In this document: in pieces, positions 39,840 through 52,799 of the stretch
Layout: every line of letters begins with the position of its first letter
How positions within the stretch are numbered: position 1 is the first letter of the stretch
Origin: Eledone cirrhosa
Taxonomy: Eukaryota
Direction of reading: 5' to 3'
Assembly (NCBI GenBank): GCA_964016885.1
Contig: CAXHJY010000304.1
Span: 124,001 to 188,000, forward strand
DNA: 64,000 bases
Position numbers and translations under genes: made by a program
The notes under the pieces: generated by a model
Told to the model about the DNA's origin: nothing
The model's database searches: none
What the model saw: only the letters and a program-made list of their open reading frames with translations

Positions 39840-41000
39840 CTCCATCAACAATGCTTCACTTTTTCATGAGATATTGTAGAATACCGTTAGCCTCAATGAC
39901 TGCTTCAACATGTGGTCTGAAATGTTGACATGCCCGAATCTTTATTTATTTTGGACATTGTGCTAGTTATGGCAGACTTCAGAGATTTTATAGAGGGAAT
40001 TCATTGACTTCCCTCACAACTATGCCCTTTACATAGCAATCGAATGGATTCAGGTCTGGAGAACTAGAAGGATATATGTTTGGAGTGACATGTGGTGATT
40101 GTAACTCATTGTTGGTACAGTCTTCCTTTGTGAAGGTGGGTAGCTTAGTGGTTAGAGAAATGGATTCGCAATTGTGAGGTTGCAAGTTCAATTCCCAGAC
40201 CAGGCGATACGCTGCTCCTGCCAGGGGTTGTGACTGGTAGAAAATATCAGCAATGGAAACATTGTTTCCTTGGTCCGATTTAATGAGCTCTCCCTCATTC
40301 GGTAAGTGAATGAGATCTGGGATAGTCGATCGTCCTTTGTTCATTCTAGCCAAGGCCTCACAACACCTCCTTATAGCCAGCAGGATTTACCTTTAAACCA
40401 TGAGGAAGCATGACATCTCCCTTGTTGCTCATGATTCCCTGAACCATCATCATTGCCAGAAACTGCATGACCATTGGAACATCTTTAGGGTCTCTGCATA
40501 ACCATCTGTCATTCCTTTAGCTGACATTTTGATCCTGATCAAAGTTTTTCTCATTAAAGAAAAACCAAAACATTCCAAGCTCTTGATATTTCAACTTACC
40601 CAACAAGCACTTTTCACGGGTCAGATAGTTATCTTTTGTCTTTGTAGACATGAATTGACCTCTCCACATCACATATGACTTGTATTGAAGGTCCTCAAAC
40701 ATAACATTTTCTGAATGGTGGTGTTTGAATTTCTGGGATTCTTATCGATAATTTTCTGCACCTTTCATACACACTTGTGCTCTGATGGTATTAGGACCCT
40801 TAAAAGGCATTTTACGTTTCGATACTGCTGTAGAATTCCTGTCAGCAGCTTCCAGCTCTTTGCAAACTTTGACAATAAATGACTGTGAAATTTTCAGGAA
40901 GCGAGCCATCTCTAAATTACTATGCCCTGCCTTTAAGACAATGATTACAGATTGCCTTTTCATTTGCTGAGTTACCTTGATGTCTGTCATCATTTATCTG
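39840..41000 (-). mobile_element. Decayed Tc1/mariner (maT/DD37D-like) transposase with a nested SINE fragment
   Basis: N-terminal HTH-like KRQSVIIVLKAGHSNLEMARFLKIS and the PSSSPDLNPFDCY motif around the third catalytic residue. Confidence 0.78.
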
Positions 41001-42229
41001 AGAAGAAATGATAATCAGAACAAGTTAGAGCTATTAAAAGGCATGTCCTCAAAGAACTAACTAACCCTATATTTTAGTATTTTTGAATTGTTATAGAAGA
41101 ATTGGAGAAGTCTATGGTTCAATTCCATCCTACCATATTTGTAGATCTCCATGGGAATTCTATCAACAACAAAAGCCTTTCCCAATTTTGTCCCAGTTCT
41201 AGCTCATTTATACTCAGCGGTAGATCGAAATTGGCATCTTCTGGAAGTTATTGGATATGATCCCGAGTCTTGTGAGAAATTGTTGAGGTCTAATATCGTC
41301 TGTATAAAGATGTGAGCCATCTTAACTCTTTATTGGTGCACTATCACCTTTCTTGCAGCTGCAAACCTCTCTGAAACTGACATAGGAGGCTTTCACATTA
41401 TGGGAATCAATAAGTGCTTGGATTTCATTCACCTTCAGGTCCTACTATCAATCTTTCAACAGCTATAGTTCCTTTTGTAGTAAGGCACTCGTCTTTGAGT
41501 TGTCTGGCAATTTGCTGTATATCCTGTCCATTTAGAACAACTTAATGGTTTTTTACATATAACAGCTGCTATATCTTCACACTATTTTCATTAAACTACT
41601 TATATGTGTGTGTGTGTCAGCAGCACTTTGCTAAAGGCCAATCAAGACAGAAAAAGCTATCTATTACTTCTGGTCAACAAGTTCACTACTGTACATCTGA
41701 CACACATGAAATCTACCGTCATATTTTTAGACACAGTGTATCTAGGATTAGATTATCTTATGTGTCCTTTCTTGTTTTTAAGATTGTGAATTTACAGAAA
41801 TTTGGTTACAGATTGAGAAACCAGACAGGTTTTTCTCATAGGGCACCCAGACTTTGTGTTGATTAACAGAATGTCTCTAAGGTAAATAACTCTTCTAATG
41901 AGTTACCCCCTTTGAGTAGCTAAATATTAATACAGAATGTTTAATAGAATTTAGAATGATGTATGATAGAATCAGTAGAGGAATTAACACGATACCTTGC
42001 AGTATTTAATACGTCACAGATTCAACTTAATCTGTCATCCCTCAAATAGGTTTTCATATTTCACCTGCTCTCAGCATGTTTAATACAATGGAATGCCACC
42101 CCATTCATTCTTGGGCTGTTATCATATTCACTGCATATACATACATTCATATATATATATATATATATCTCACAGGTGGTACTGGAGACTTTTTCCATTG
42201 AGGTCGTTAACTCTAAGTTAACTTCTTCG

Positions 42230-44037
42230 CCCTCTTATTCCTAGCAAGGTCATGGGAGCAGAGTCCTCAAACACACCTTCCAGCAAGTCCTGTCAGAAGC
42301 AACCATCTCTAATTGATCCTGCTGAATCCCCAACCAAGACCAGCTGAGCCCATGGATGTTTTCCAAACATCTTTCTCAGGGTCCATCTTGAAGTTTCCTG
42401 CCAGCTGGTTTGTCTGTAAAATCTGTCCAGCAATTCTTTCCTGAGATACTTGAACTTCACCATCTGCTTCAATGGAACTCCATTCAGATGTAGAGTGCAC
42501 TGAACAGGCTTCCTTGAGAGGATGAGTGTCTCAGTTTTCACAGCACTGACTTTTATTCCTGCTTTGCGGAACTCTGCATCAAACCTACCAAGTGCATGTC
42601 AGAGATCATTTTCTGACAAATTAATTAATAGCAAGTCATCTGCAAATTCCACCCGTTTAATCCTACTCCCAACAGTTGTAATGCCACTTCTAACTTGGCT
42701 GCACATGTCAATCCTGTTCAAGGAGATTATGAACTTGAGAAGTGAGAGTACACACACTTGGCAGAGTCCAACTCCCACATTGATTAGTTTCAATTTAGTA
42801 CCAATTATCCAAACAAATAAATACCTAGGGCATTCATATAGAAACATCAGGGCAAGAAGAAAGTATCCATCAATCTCATACTGCAGATACTTCCACAGCA
42901 GGTTTCGTGGAATGCACTCATGCCTTTTCCAGGTTTACAAAGCAAGCATAGACCTCTTGGCAGTACTCCCACGATTTCTCAAAGACCTGCTGCAGTGTGA
43001 ATATTTGGTTGGCTCTGCTGCATCTGGAGTGAAAACTACACTGTTCATTAGCTAGCTTCAACTCGACAATCTCCCTAAATCACTTTGCATAGACTTTACC
43101 AGGGAGGCTTAACAAAGGTCTCCCTCTATAATTGGAGCAAATTCTTTTGTCTCTTTTTTTGAAAATTGGGATTATCACTCCCAATTGCCATTGCTATTTG
43201 CCTTTCGAGAGATCCAGATTATCCAGCACTCATGAGTCAGCCAGAGAATACCTTCTCTATTTAAAGCTTTTAACTTTTCAGGCTGAATTTCATCTTCTCC
43301 AACGGCCTTGTCACATTTAAGATCTTTAATTGCTTTTGTTACCTCAGCCTCAGAGAGACTAGTCATTGCTCCCAAATGTACCTTGTGTACATCAGAAGAT
43401 GCTGTTGTGTCCAAGTTTAGGAGATCAGCAAAGTATTCTCTCCACTTTGCGAGGATGCATATCTCTGAAGAGAAGGGAACCCTAATCATGTTCCTGATAG
43501 GTGTGGAGGACAGATTATTACGAAGGTGGCAGATGATCTGCTAGAACACTTTATTTGCTGATCTGGTTGGATTCTAGCTTAACCCCCAAATTTTCTCATA
43601 TCTTAATTTTGGACGCCTTTACTGTCTCTGCTACATCTTTTCATACATGCTTGTACTGCAAGTGCTAGAAAGAAGAGCTATTTCCAAGTCAAGCATTGTG
43701 GGTCTCCTTCTTTGCTTGGACAGCATCATTGGCCTTTTGATTGAATTAGGGGTCCTCTTGCCACACCAAGCTGTTTTCATTCACAGCATTGAACTGCTGA
43801 GCTAAACAGTCTCCACTCTGTTTCAACATCCTCAGTTTGCTCAGGGAGTGCTCTGAATTTGGATGCAATAGTATCTGATCCTAACTTCCTTATCCGCCAA
43901 AGCTTCCCACTTTATCCAGTAGGCCAACCTGGACCTGCCAGTTATGTGGGCTTCCTTGGCTTTAGTTAGTCTCAAGATACAGTTTACTAGATGGTGATCA
44001 GTTGACAGTTCAGACACACTCTTAATACTAGGGTGCA
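42230..44037 (-). mobile_element. Decayed RTE LINE (APE end + RT)
   Basis: LSTDHHLV, KAVGEDEIQPEKLK, GLCQVCVLS, EFADDLLL and KFKYL. Confidence 0.85.
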
Positions 44038-44929
44038 AAAGTGAGGGTATCTAAGGGCTTTGAGGTGGGGAGTGGTACTGGAAGGGGCATGGGTGGCAGT
44101 GTGCAGTGATGGTTAAGATAGCTGCTGGGGTATGCTAGTGAAGGGTAGGAGGCACATGAATGGGTGAGGTCATATTGTATGCTTGTGGCCGGGTCTTCAT
44201 CATCATAGCATAGTGCCCACCCTCATAGTCCTTTGTCATTTCTGTTGTGAGGCTTAACTTCTTGAAGTCAGCCCTCCCCACATCATTCCAAGTCTTCTTG
44301 AGTCTGCCTCTTCCACTGGGATTTCTCTACATTTCTTTATGCAGCTGCTATCTTCTATATGACTCACATGTCCATACCAATGCAGTATTCTCTCCTGCAC
44401 ACTATATCCAATTCCTCTTATGCTGAGTTTTTCTCTTTGTTCACTTATTCTACATCATTCATGCATACTAACATTAAACATATAAGTATATTTGCTTCAT
44501 CTCTTTCCAGCCTTTGCAGGTCTTCTGCAGTCAAAGCCCGTGTTTTACTACCATGTAGCATTGCAGTTCACATGAAGGCATCACACAGTCTACTCTTCAC
44601 TCTGAAAGAGAAGCCCTTTGTTGTCAACAGAGGTGTCAGCTCTCTAAACCTCTTCCACCCTGTTCTGATCTTGGCTATCCCACTTTCAGTGCATGCTCCC
44701 CCGCTGCTAATTAGATCACCTATGTAACAAAAGCTGTCAACAAATTCTACGGAGCTTCCCTGCTAGCGTGGAAAATGGACGTTAAACGATGATGATATAT
44801 ATGAGCGAGACACGGTCACCCGACCAACCTTGCCTCAAGTGGGACAACTTCCGTCTAACCCATGCTAGCGTGGAAGATGGACGTTAAACGATGATATGTA
44901 TATATGTGTGTGAGTCTTGGATTCAATCG

Positions 44930-46830
44930 GGGGTAACCACAATTAGTAAGGTACTCAATACATTAGTAGAGTGTAAACATCAAGTTTAATATAGAAACAC
45001 TTCTAGTTCTGTAGATGCCATTTCTATATTAAAATTGATAGGGCGTTAGTCCCGGTGTTTTGGTACGCCTTTCTAGATGTTTACCTGTAAACATACCGTA
45101 GAAATACGAAATTCTAATACATATCTGTATACATCTATGCATAAAGCTAAATCCTAATTCTATTGTCTCTCAATATATATATGAATATGTAGCAATATCC
45201 GTAGGTGTGAAAAGGAAAAAGGAAATCATTGCTCCATCAGGAAGAGAGCAGAAATATTTTATTATTTATTTATGTTCATAAAATGGAACAAAAGCGCTGC
45301 CGAAGGTTTCAAGGCCCAAATTTTACCATACCTCAGGAATAGAAGAGGCATCAAATTTGTGACTTTTCTTCAGGTGCTTATATGAGTTTATAAGATACTG
45401 TTAAAAGTAAAGCCCGGTAAAAATGTATGTTTATGTAAAAAACGTATAACAAAGGGAAATAACTCCAAGATATAAATTTGAAATGTGAAATCATTCACGT
45501 GTTAGTGTCTGTATGCTATAGAGATGGTAATATATATTAAAGTATGGAGTAGAGTAGTATAGAAAGTGTATTGCATTATGTAATTGTGGGAAAAGAAAGA
45601 GAAAGGAAATATAGAATGGAAGCATATAAATGAAATTAAGATGGTTGAAAATCAATCAAATTTGTTGAGTATTTCCACTTAGCAAACAGATGGGTTTTGA
45701 GATCGAGGCATCCTCTAAAAATCTCGCTCTGAGTGCAGTTCAAATAAATATTGTTCAGAGATGACAAACCTTGTAATATTCTAAATTTCTCATTCAGACA
45801 GAGACATCATTTCTAGATACCATTGGTGCAAGGACTGAGTCTTTCAAGTATTTTCCAAGTGATCTTATGTAGGACTCGTTTTTCCTTTAATTGCCCGACT
45901 TTTTTCACCAGAGTTGTATTGGTTCTCATATCAGGATTCCTGAAGGAGTCGAGATGCGTGTAAAAACATTTAAAACGATCTTTCACCATACTGACGTATC
46001 TTTCCCTAACTTCAGAATTTTCTGTGTTGTGTGCAATTTCTGCTTCATAGACAATGGATTTGATATTGCATTTCTGTTGAAGAGGGCAGTTCTCTTTAAT
46101 CTTACAAGAGTAGCTTGGATTCAACTATATTCTTTGCAGTAATTTTTTATTTCATAGATGTTCCACATGAATAGGATATCTTAACGGAATTACAATTTAA
46201 TATTTTACTATATCCATGTGGTGGAAAATGTTTATCTATTAAATTTTAAAATTTCTTACTTACTTTAAGGGAAAAACTGTGTGTAAAACAATTTTTATTT
46301 TTCTGTTAGTATGGTTGAGTTGGGAATGATTGGGTGTGTGTTTAATTTTGTCCTTAAAACCACTATCTAGGAAGGCTTGATTGTAGTAAGGCGCAGCCTT
46401 ATCAAAAATATCCCTGGTTGCTGATAGATTTGGGATCCTACGACTAATATTAGAAACTAAGTTTTTAAAAACAGCAGGATGGTAGGACATGAGGTTTTAT
46501 TAATATATTTCAATTTTTCACTAGGCTTATGGTATATGATTTTTTTATACAAAGCTTAGGTTTACATGAAGAAAATTTGCATTAGTAAGATTTGTACCAA
46601 CCGTAACTTTATGTACTAGTGAACTAAATGTGTCAATTAAATTTCTATGGACTCTATCCAGAGTGTGTCCGTTACAATCTTGTGAAAATGAAAGACCATC
46701 GTCACAGTATAGACCAAAGAAGTGAGGGGAATTTAGACTTTAGCGTATGAAGAATGTATCAACCAATAAGATTACAAACATCAGCATTGTCATATGACCC
46801 CAAGGAGACATCAAAAGACACAACAGGGTC
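44930..46830 (-). mobile_element. Decayed Penelope-like element (RT + GIY-YIG + 3' tail)
   Basis: FDVSLGSYDNADVCNLIG, GLYCDDGL, ISRRIPNLSATRDIFDKAAPYYNQA, CKIKENCPLQQKC..IVYEAEI and CLCLNEK. Confidence 0.85.
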
Positions 46831-47728
46831 AAATTCTTCTACCGAAGTAGAACCGTTACTAAATAGGAATATACGGTCATATTCCATGTCACTGATATAT
46901 ATAAAAGAGCAAGGAAAGTCTAAAGCGTACACACATACATATCAACCTCATCATCATGAGGTATGTCTACTTTCATCAAATTCAATACCATGAATCTTTC
47001 GTTCCTATACTGTCCTTATACGTTCAATGTATTTTAAATATGTCTAGCTCTTGATGTTATTCATCCATATAAGTTTTGGTTTTCTACTTCCTCTCTTAAT
47101 ATTTGTGGATGCAGTATGGTCAAATGGTCAAGAAGATTGCTTCGTAATCATTAGATCCTAGGTTTGATCCCACTACATACAGTCTTGTGGGTAAAATTGG
47201 GTAGATGGAGACTGTTTGAAAGCTCACCGGATAGATTGTACTTGTAAAACATAGATGAATAGAAAAATATAATGCTGTGGAGGAGAAAATGAGAAGAAAC
47301 AATAATAAAATTTGTTAAGCCACAAGTGAGTCCTGAACAAGCAAACATATGATCAAAGGTATTCAAACTACAGCAATCACATCTTTTTTCTCTACATTGC
47401 TCAAAGTATCCTTCATTTTTAAGATGCTACAGTGTCATTTAAGGGAGATTTAGCTAATATTTCTAGCAGTTTGAGTAAGAAATATTAGAAGCCTTGCTGT
47501 TGCTCGTATAATGTAATTAAATTTATATCATATGATATTGAACTATGATTTAGAAAGTCGTGGTGTTACTGACCCTAAGATTAAGCTTACATCCATCAAG
47601 TGAGCAGCATTATCGCTTATATTCACTATATCACTATCCTGTAGGACAAATAGATGATTGGAAATTATGAGGCCTAACCCTTTCAATTCCATTTTGCTTG
47701 AAACAACCATTAAGCTGAAACGTTCTAT

Positions 47729-48105
47729 ACGTTTGGGAGAATCGGGCCGTTGACTGCGAGGTTCTCATCATCACTAGCGGCTTGCCTAACTGAGGTAACT
47801 GGTAATGATCGTGAGGGCGCTTGGTTGTTCCAGTTCATCAGCCTCTCCATCACCCGAGGTAACGCTGAGCATGTTGGCTTGCCTAAAAAATTATTAGAGG
47901 TTTCAGTGCTCCTCGCAATATTGTTATCTTTTGTTCTGGTAGCGGTTTGTTTGTCCGCCCCTTTCATTTGCCTTTTAATGTATGTGATCCAAGAAATGTG
48001 TATTACCTGCTTGTGTTTTTTATTTTTCCTTTTCCTCTTTTTTGTAATATTATTTATACAATTGAGAATAAAATTTGTTTAAAGCTGTATATTATCTAAA
48101 AAAAA
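47729..48105 (+). mobile_element. CRE-clade non-LTR retrotransposon 3' end (restriction-like endonuclease C-terminus)
   Basis: TFGRIGPLTARF..LAACLTEVTGNDREGAWLFQFISLSITRGNA, then a T-rich UTR, AATAAA and an A-run. Confidence 0.7.
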
Positions 48106-48879
48106 ATTTGCATCATAATTTTATGTAAGAACCCTTGTTAAATTATGATCCAAAGACCAGCTTAATAATCAGAAAGTTAGTTATATTACTTAATATCTCC
48201 AAATTCTTGATTATTTTCAGAAGTATTTTAAAATCACAAGCAGCATCCTTCATTAGAAATCGGGTAACTAACGAGTTAAACCTTAATTATTTTCATGATC
48301 TTAGGGTTAATGTTCTTTCATTCTTAAAAGACTTCCATATGGTTTTTATATCTGTTAGGCCTACAGAGGAGGTTGTCAGAGACTAGCATATGCACTGAGT
48401 CTTTCAATAGTTTTATCTTCCAATGTTGTCCCCTGCGCACAAACTAGAATTTGTTCCACAAGAAGGGAGGGGTTGATTAAGCATAGTGTTGTAGTTTATA
48501 TGATGGTTGAAAGTTAAATCCCCGAGTCAGCTGATCTATATAAACTACGAAGAACAAGTAAACAACATCACCACTAATACAAAGATACCTCTAGCATGTA
48601 CAACAGAATGAAAACAATTTATCTAACCCTAAGGTTTAAATAGATAATCTAGTTTTTTTGTAAGAGGGGAAAGTCAATTAAATTGGCAACAGTACTTAAC
48701 GTTTATCAACCCCAGAAGGTTGAACTCGGCAGCATTGGCAGATAGATAGATATACACGTGTGTATATATCAGCAAAGCATTTAAATAAGATAGCGATCAC
48801 TATAGGGAAAATAATATTCACATTAATACAGTATTGTTAAATATTGCAATATTAAACTTAAATAAATAAAATATCACAT

Positions 48880-48992
48880 AAATATCCAACAGCAGTTATT
48901 TCCCTTGTTGCGACGATCCGCTTCGTGGCGCTATCGCATTGGGCGAGATTTAATGTGAAGTCACGCGAGAGGATAAATGACAGAGTGACAAT
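48880..48992 (+). promoter_or_regulatory. Likely HM13 promoter/5' UTR
   Basis: CpG-enriched patch directly upstream of the ATG, with an inverted CCAAT (ATTGG) at 48938-48942. Confidence 0.4.
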
Positions 48993-49187
48993 ATGGCAGA
49001 TACGACTTCTGAGACAGCATCTGCGTTAAATGCAACAAGTGCAGAGAATGCAACCACAAATGCCACCATGCGTGTACCTGCAACACCTGAGGGAATGGTG
49101 GTTGCTTACAGTAGTCTTGTTATCATGGCGTTACTACCAATCTTCATTGGTTCTTTCCGTTCCGTGAAGCACCATAAGGAACAGAAG
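48993..49187 (+). CDS. HM13: Signal peptide peptidase (minor histocompatibility antigen H13), coding exon 1
   Basis: PATPEGMVVAYSSLVIMALLPIFIGSFRSVKHHKEQK, N-terminal N-glycosylation sequons, and a GTATGT donor at 49188. Exon 2 was not found in the window. Confidence 0.93.
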
Positions 49188-49829
49188 GTATGTTCTGTTT
49201 AATGTCCCATTTTAATCCATTTCGTAGTGTTTTTTTTTTTTTTGTCATTGTTTTTTAATTCATTTTCTATCTACTCCTGTTTCTTTGTTGTTTATCAGTA
49301 AAAATATAATAATTAAAATCTTAACGTATGTAATCGTTGGTGTTTTTACTTGAAATTATACCGTCAGTTTTCCCAACAATCTACCGGCTGTTTGTCCAGA
49401 TGGCAACTACCACCACGTCTTGATCCCCCCCCCCCTTTTTCCATTCTTTGTAAACAGGATTTCTTAGCCACATCACATTACACATCCTCACATGTTTATT
49501 TAGAGAAAGGGTGCTTCGTTCTACGTATATAAAAATTCTAGACAATATAAAATAAAAGATACCTGCTGTTTAATGGATAAACTGAAAGATGTATTTGTGA
49601 AAATATTTTTTCTTTTTCCGAATGATTTATTTGCGAAAATGTTTGTTTCGATATCTACCTGTTTATACTCAATTGGCAATCTCCAATAAATTAGCTCATG
49701 GCGAGACAATGAGTCCCAGAAAACAAAGAATCTTGCTCAAGGCTGCGCTAAGACTTACACGTTTCATCGTTTTATCTGCTACTTTATATAAGTGAAACAT
49801 TCCTGCTCATATAAGTATTTAAAGTAGCA

Positions 49830-49868
<39 letters not shown>

Positions 49869-50085
49869 GGAAATCGAAATTGCGTAAGGGTCATGATTTT
49901 TTTCTCAAATATTTTATTATTGGTCGCGTTCTATCTGGAATACAATTGTGGAATTAACAGAATATCTTTAGCAGAAATCCTTCCTAAATTCTAGCTAGAT
50001 TTATTTCCTCCTCATTCAATGGTTGTTGTATGGAATCCTCGCTATTACTGCTATTATACACATACACACACGCATATATATATAT

Positions 50086-50348
50086 AACGAAGGAAATGTG
50101 GTAAGGAACCAGATGGACCATAACGCACCAAAGTACTCAATACTTAGGGTAGTAGAGTGGGTAATAGGAACAAGTATGACCCCGACGGCATAGCTCAAGC
50201 CGTGTTTCGAGTCCAGAATTAGCCGTCGAAACGGCTTGAGCTCTGCCGTCGGGGTCATACTTGTTCCTATTACCCACTCTACTACCCTAAGTATTGAGTA
50301 CTTTGGTGCGTTATGGTCCATCTGGTTCCTTACCACATTTCCTTCGTT
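50086..50348. repeat. Near-perfect ~124-bp-arm palindrome in (TA)n, probably a PLE tail fold-back
   Basis: Arms 50086-50210 and 50226-50348 with a 15-nt loop. The motif CACTCTACTA..GTATTGAGTAC is shared with the PLE tail at about 44950. Confidence 0.9.
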
Positions 50349-51476
50349 ATATATATATATATATATATATATATTTGAAATGACGTCACAACGTAAGTGA
50401 CTATAATAATGGTCGATCATTATTAAATTGTGTGAAGCACCCCTGAAGGCTGATAAAGTGAACAGACGCCTGCAAGGAAACGAACCGTGCATCGTATATA
50501 TATATATAGTGGAGTTTCAGAATAAGTACCTCACTTTAATACTCTTTTACCTGTTCCAGCCATCTGGCTGAGGCCATGCTGGGGCACCGCCTTTGGAAAT
50601 GGCTTTTTTTTTCCTTCTTGGAATTATGCGTTTTAAACAGGTAGCTTTGCGATTCTGCAAAATAATGATTTCAGCCTTCCCCTCCCAGAACATGTAAACT
50701 AAAAATTTAGGTAAAAAAAACGAAAAGATAGGTTGTTCCTTCCAGTGATTCGCCCATCCAACCTATTTAAGGATATCCGGCACAATATCCAACATGTCCT
50801 TCTTTGGTTAAAACGATGGGGTTGTGAGGAAGATTTGGCTTCTATTTCTAGTGTGTCGAGAGATCACCTAGAAGCTTCCTGGTTAGTTCATGGGAAATAG
50901 AAGGGAGAGCTGGGGTGTATTGTGAGGAAGATTTGGTTATTTCTAGTATGTCTAGTGATCATGTAGAGGCTTCCTTGTTCGTGAGAAATAGCAGAAGTGA
51001 AGGTTGGAGTGTGGTGCGAGGAAGATTTAGTTGCTATTTCTAATATGTCGAATGACTAGTTTCCCCGAGGACAATTTGCAAGGGGGAATGTTCTGGTTAC
51101 CTGCCCAAAACAAGGTTCCTATAAACTCTGTCAAATGCGAAATAATAATTTTTTTCATTAAAGAGTTCGTATTTAAAACATTTTGTCAAATTAGGTTTCA
51201 AATAGTATCTTATTGTTTCTACTTTTGGCACGTTGAGTTGAAGGAGAGTTTGGAATTTATTGAGGTGTCATGGGGTGGGTTAGTGGTGCTGGTGAAGAAT
51301 GGAATAATAAAAGTAAGAACTACTGTTCTGTATAGTAGTCTATTGCGGATATTAAAACCGGTTACACACACATACAGATCCTGATGAACGTGATAATATC
51401 GATTTATAAAATTAAATAAATAATCGATATATATATATATATATATATATTCATTTTATTAAGACTAAATGGTGAG

Positions 51477-51526
51477 TCTTGTTACTCTGGAGTTTCGCCT
51501 GTTCATCATAGGGTCATCAGACAAGA
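51477..51526 (-). ncRNA. Type I hammerhead ribozyme motif
   Basis: Minus strand: TCTTGT-CTGATGA-CCCT(ATGATGAAC)AGGC-GAAA-CTCCAGAG-TA-ACAAGA. Perfect 6-bp stem I, with a C-C mismatch at the base of stem II. Confidence 0.65.
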
Positions 51527-52570
51527 ATTAACGTTTCGTTAGCAGACACAGTATAAATAAAGGAAGATTCGAAGTGGGGGAGGGCAATTTAATTGAGAAG
51601 GGGTAATTAAGATAGGGTGGGCGGATAAATATATATTTAATGATAAAAATATGAAATATATATATATTTGTTTATTCAATATGTGCTATTTTAAAGCATT
51701 GAAGAATATCCGTATCCTTCCTTATTTAAAGCAATAGTGTGAATGCTTTATAGTAGCACATCTTCAACATACACGCTTGTGTGCTTATATTACATCAGCA
51801 GTTTGGCAATTTCCTAATCCAAACGAAAAGAAATACATTCAACTTATTTTTGTACAACCGTGGAGAAGTCTGTAGAGTGTTATAGGTAATCGATCGCTTG
51901 TATGATATATCTTATTGAACTATCGTTTTGCCCCCGCCCTCCTCTTCATTCAAAACTATGAATGGATTTATCTATGGAACGCCATTGGTTCGTTCTGGTT
52001 AAATGTTTAGAACTCGCTACCACCTGTGTTGGCTTAGCTGGTCTCCTATATTTCTCAGGTGTTGTTACAGCTCACACTTATGCAGCTTTAGCTGACCTGC
52101 TCCGAGGTGCTGTTTTTAATATTAGGAGACCCAATCTTATAATAAAAAGCAACGTAAAATGAAACATTAAAACCACAGAAATCTTACTCACGACTGTATT
52201 CAACACTTGAGTTCAACACTTTAACTACTAGATCACGCGCCTTCTGTCACCTGTATCTTATTTTAACCTACAAACGGCATGTCGTACACTCGCCCCACGT
52301 TTTGCCATTGCATTGCCTTTTCTTCTGCAGTATTGTTTGTACAACAGAGCAGTGGGGTTCCGTTTTACTTGTTTCCGGCATTAGACTGCGGCTATGCTTG
52401 GCACCGCCTTGGATTTTAGTCATTCATATCGCCCTCAGTACTTTATTTTCAGGTCTGGTGCTTATTTTATCGATCCGGTTTATTTAAGAGTATAAACAAA
52501 CTAAACATAAACACTGGGAAACACACACGCACTTATATATATATTTCAGAGGTACTGAGCTATCTTCAAG

Positions 52571-52613
<43 letters not shown>

Positions 52614-52799
52614 TCTACTTTAGGCACAAGGCCAGCAATTACCCAGTGCATTACTGGTACTTTATTTTATCGACCCCGTAAGGATGAAAGGCAAAGTCAA
52701 CCTCGGCGGGATTTGAACTCAGATCGTAAAGGGACGTAACTATGCTGGAAAGCATGGCGTCCGACCCTCTACCGATACTGCCAATCTACCGCCCACAAT

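Noticed and set aside
45290-45360. Possible hammerhead on the minus strand of the 45-kb PLE
   Set aside because: Core is degenerate (CTGAGG..GAAACCTTCGGCA) and the stems could not be assigned confidently.
45790-45820. TGA at a conserved Cys position (K*CLCLNEK) of the PLE endonuclease, suggesting selenocysteine as in some Naiad PLEs
   Set aside because: The copy is heavily decayed, with an adjacent TAG and frameshifts; the better-preserved copies have ordinary Cys; no SECIS recognised.
50016-50492. 158-aa minus-strand ORF
   Set aside because: Spans the palindrome and (TA)n runs; no protein-like features.
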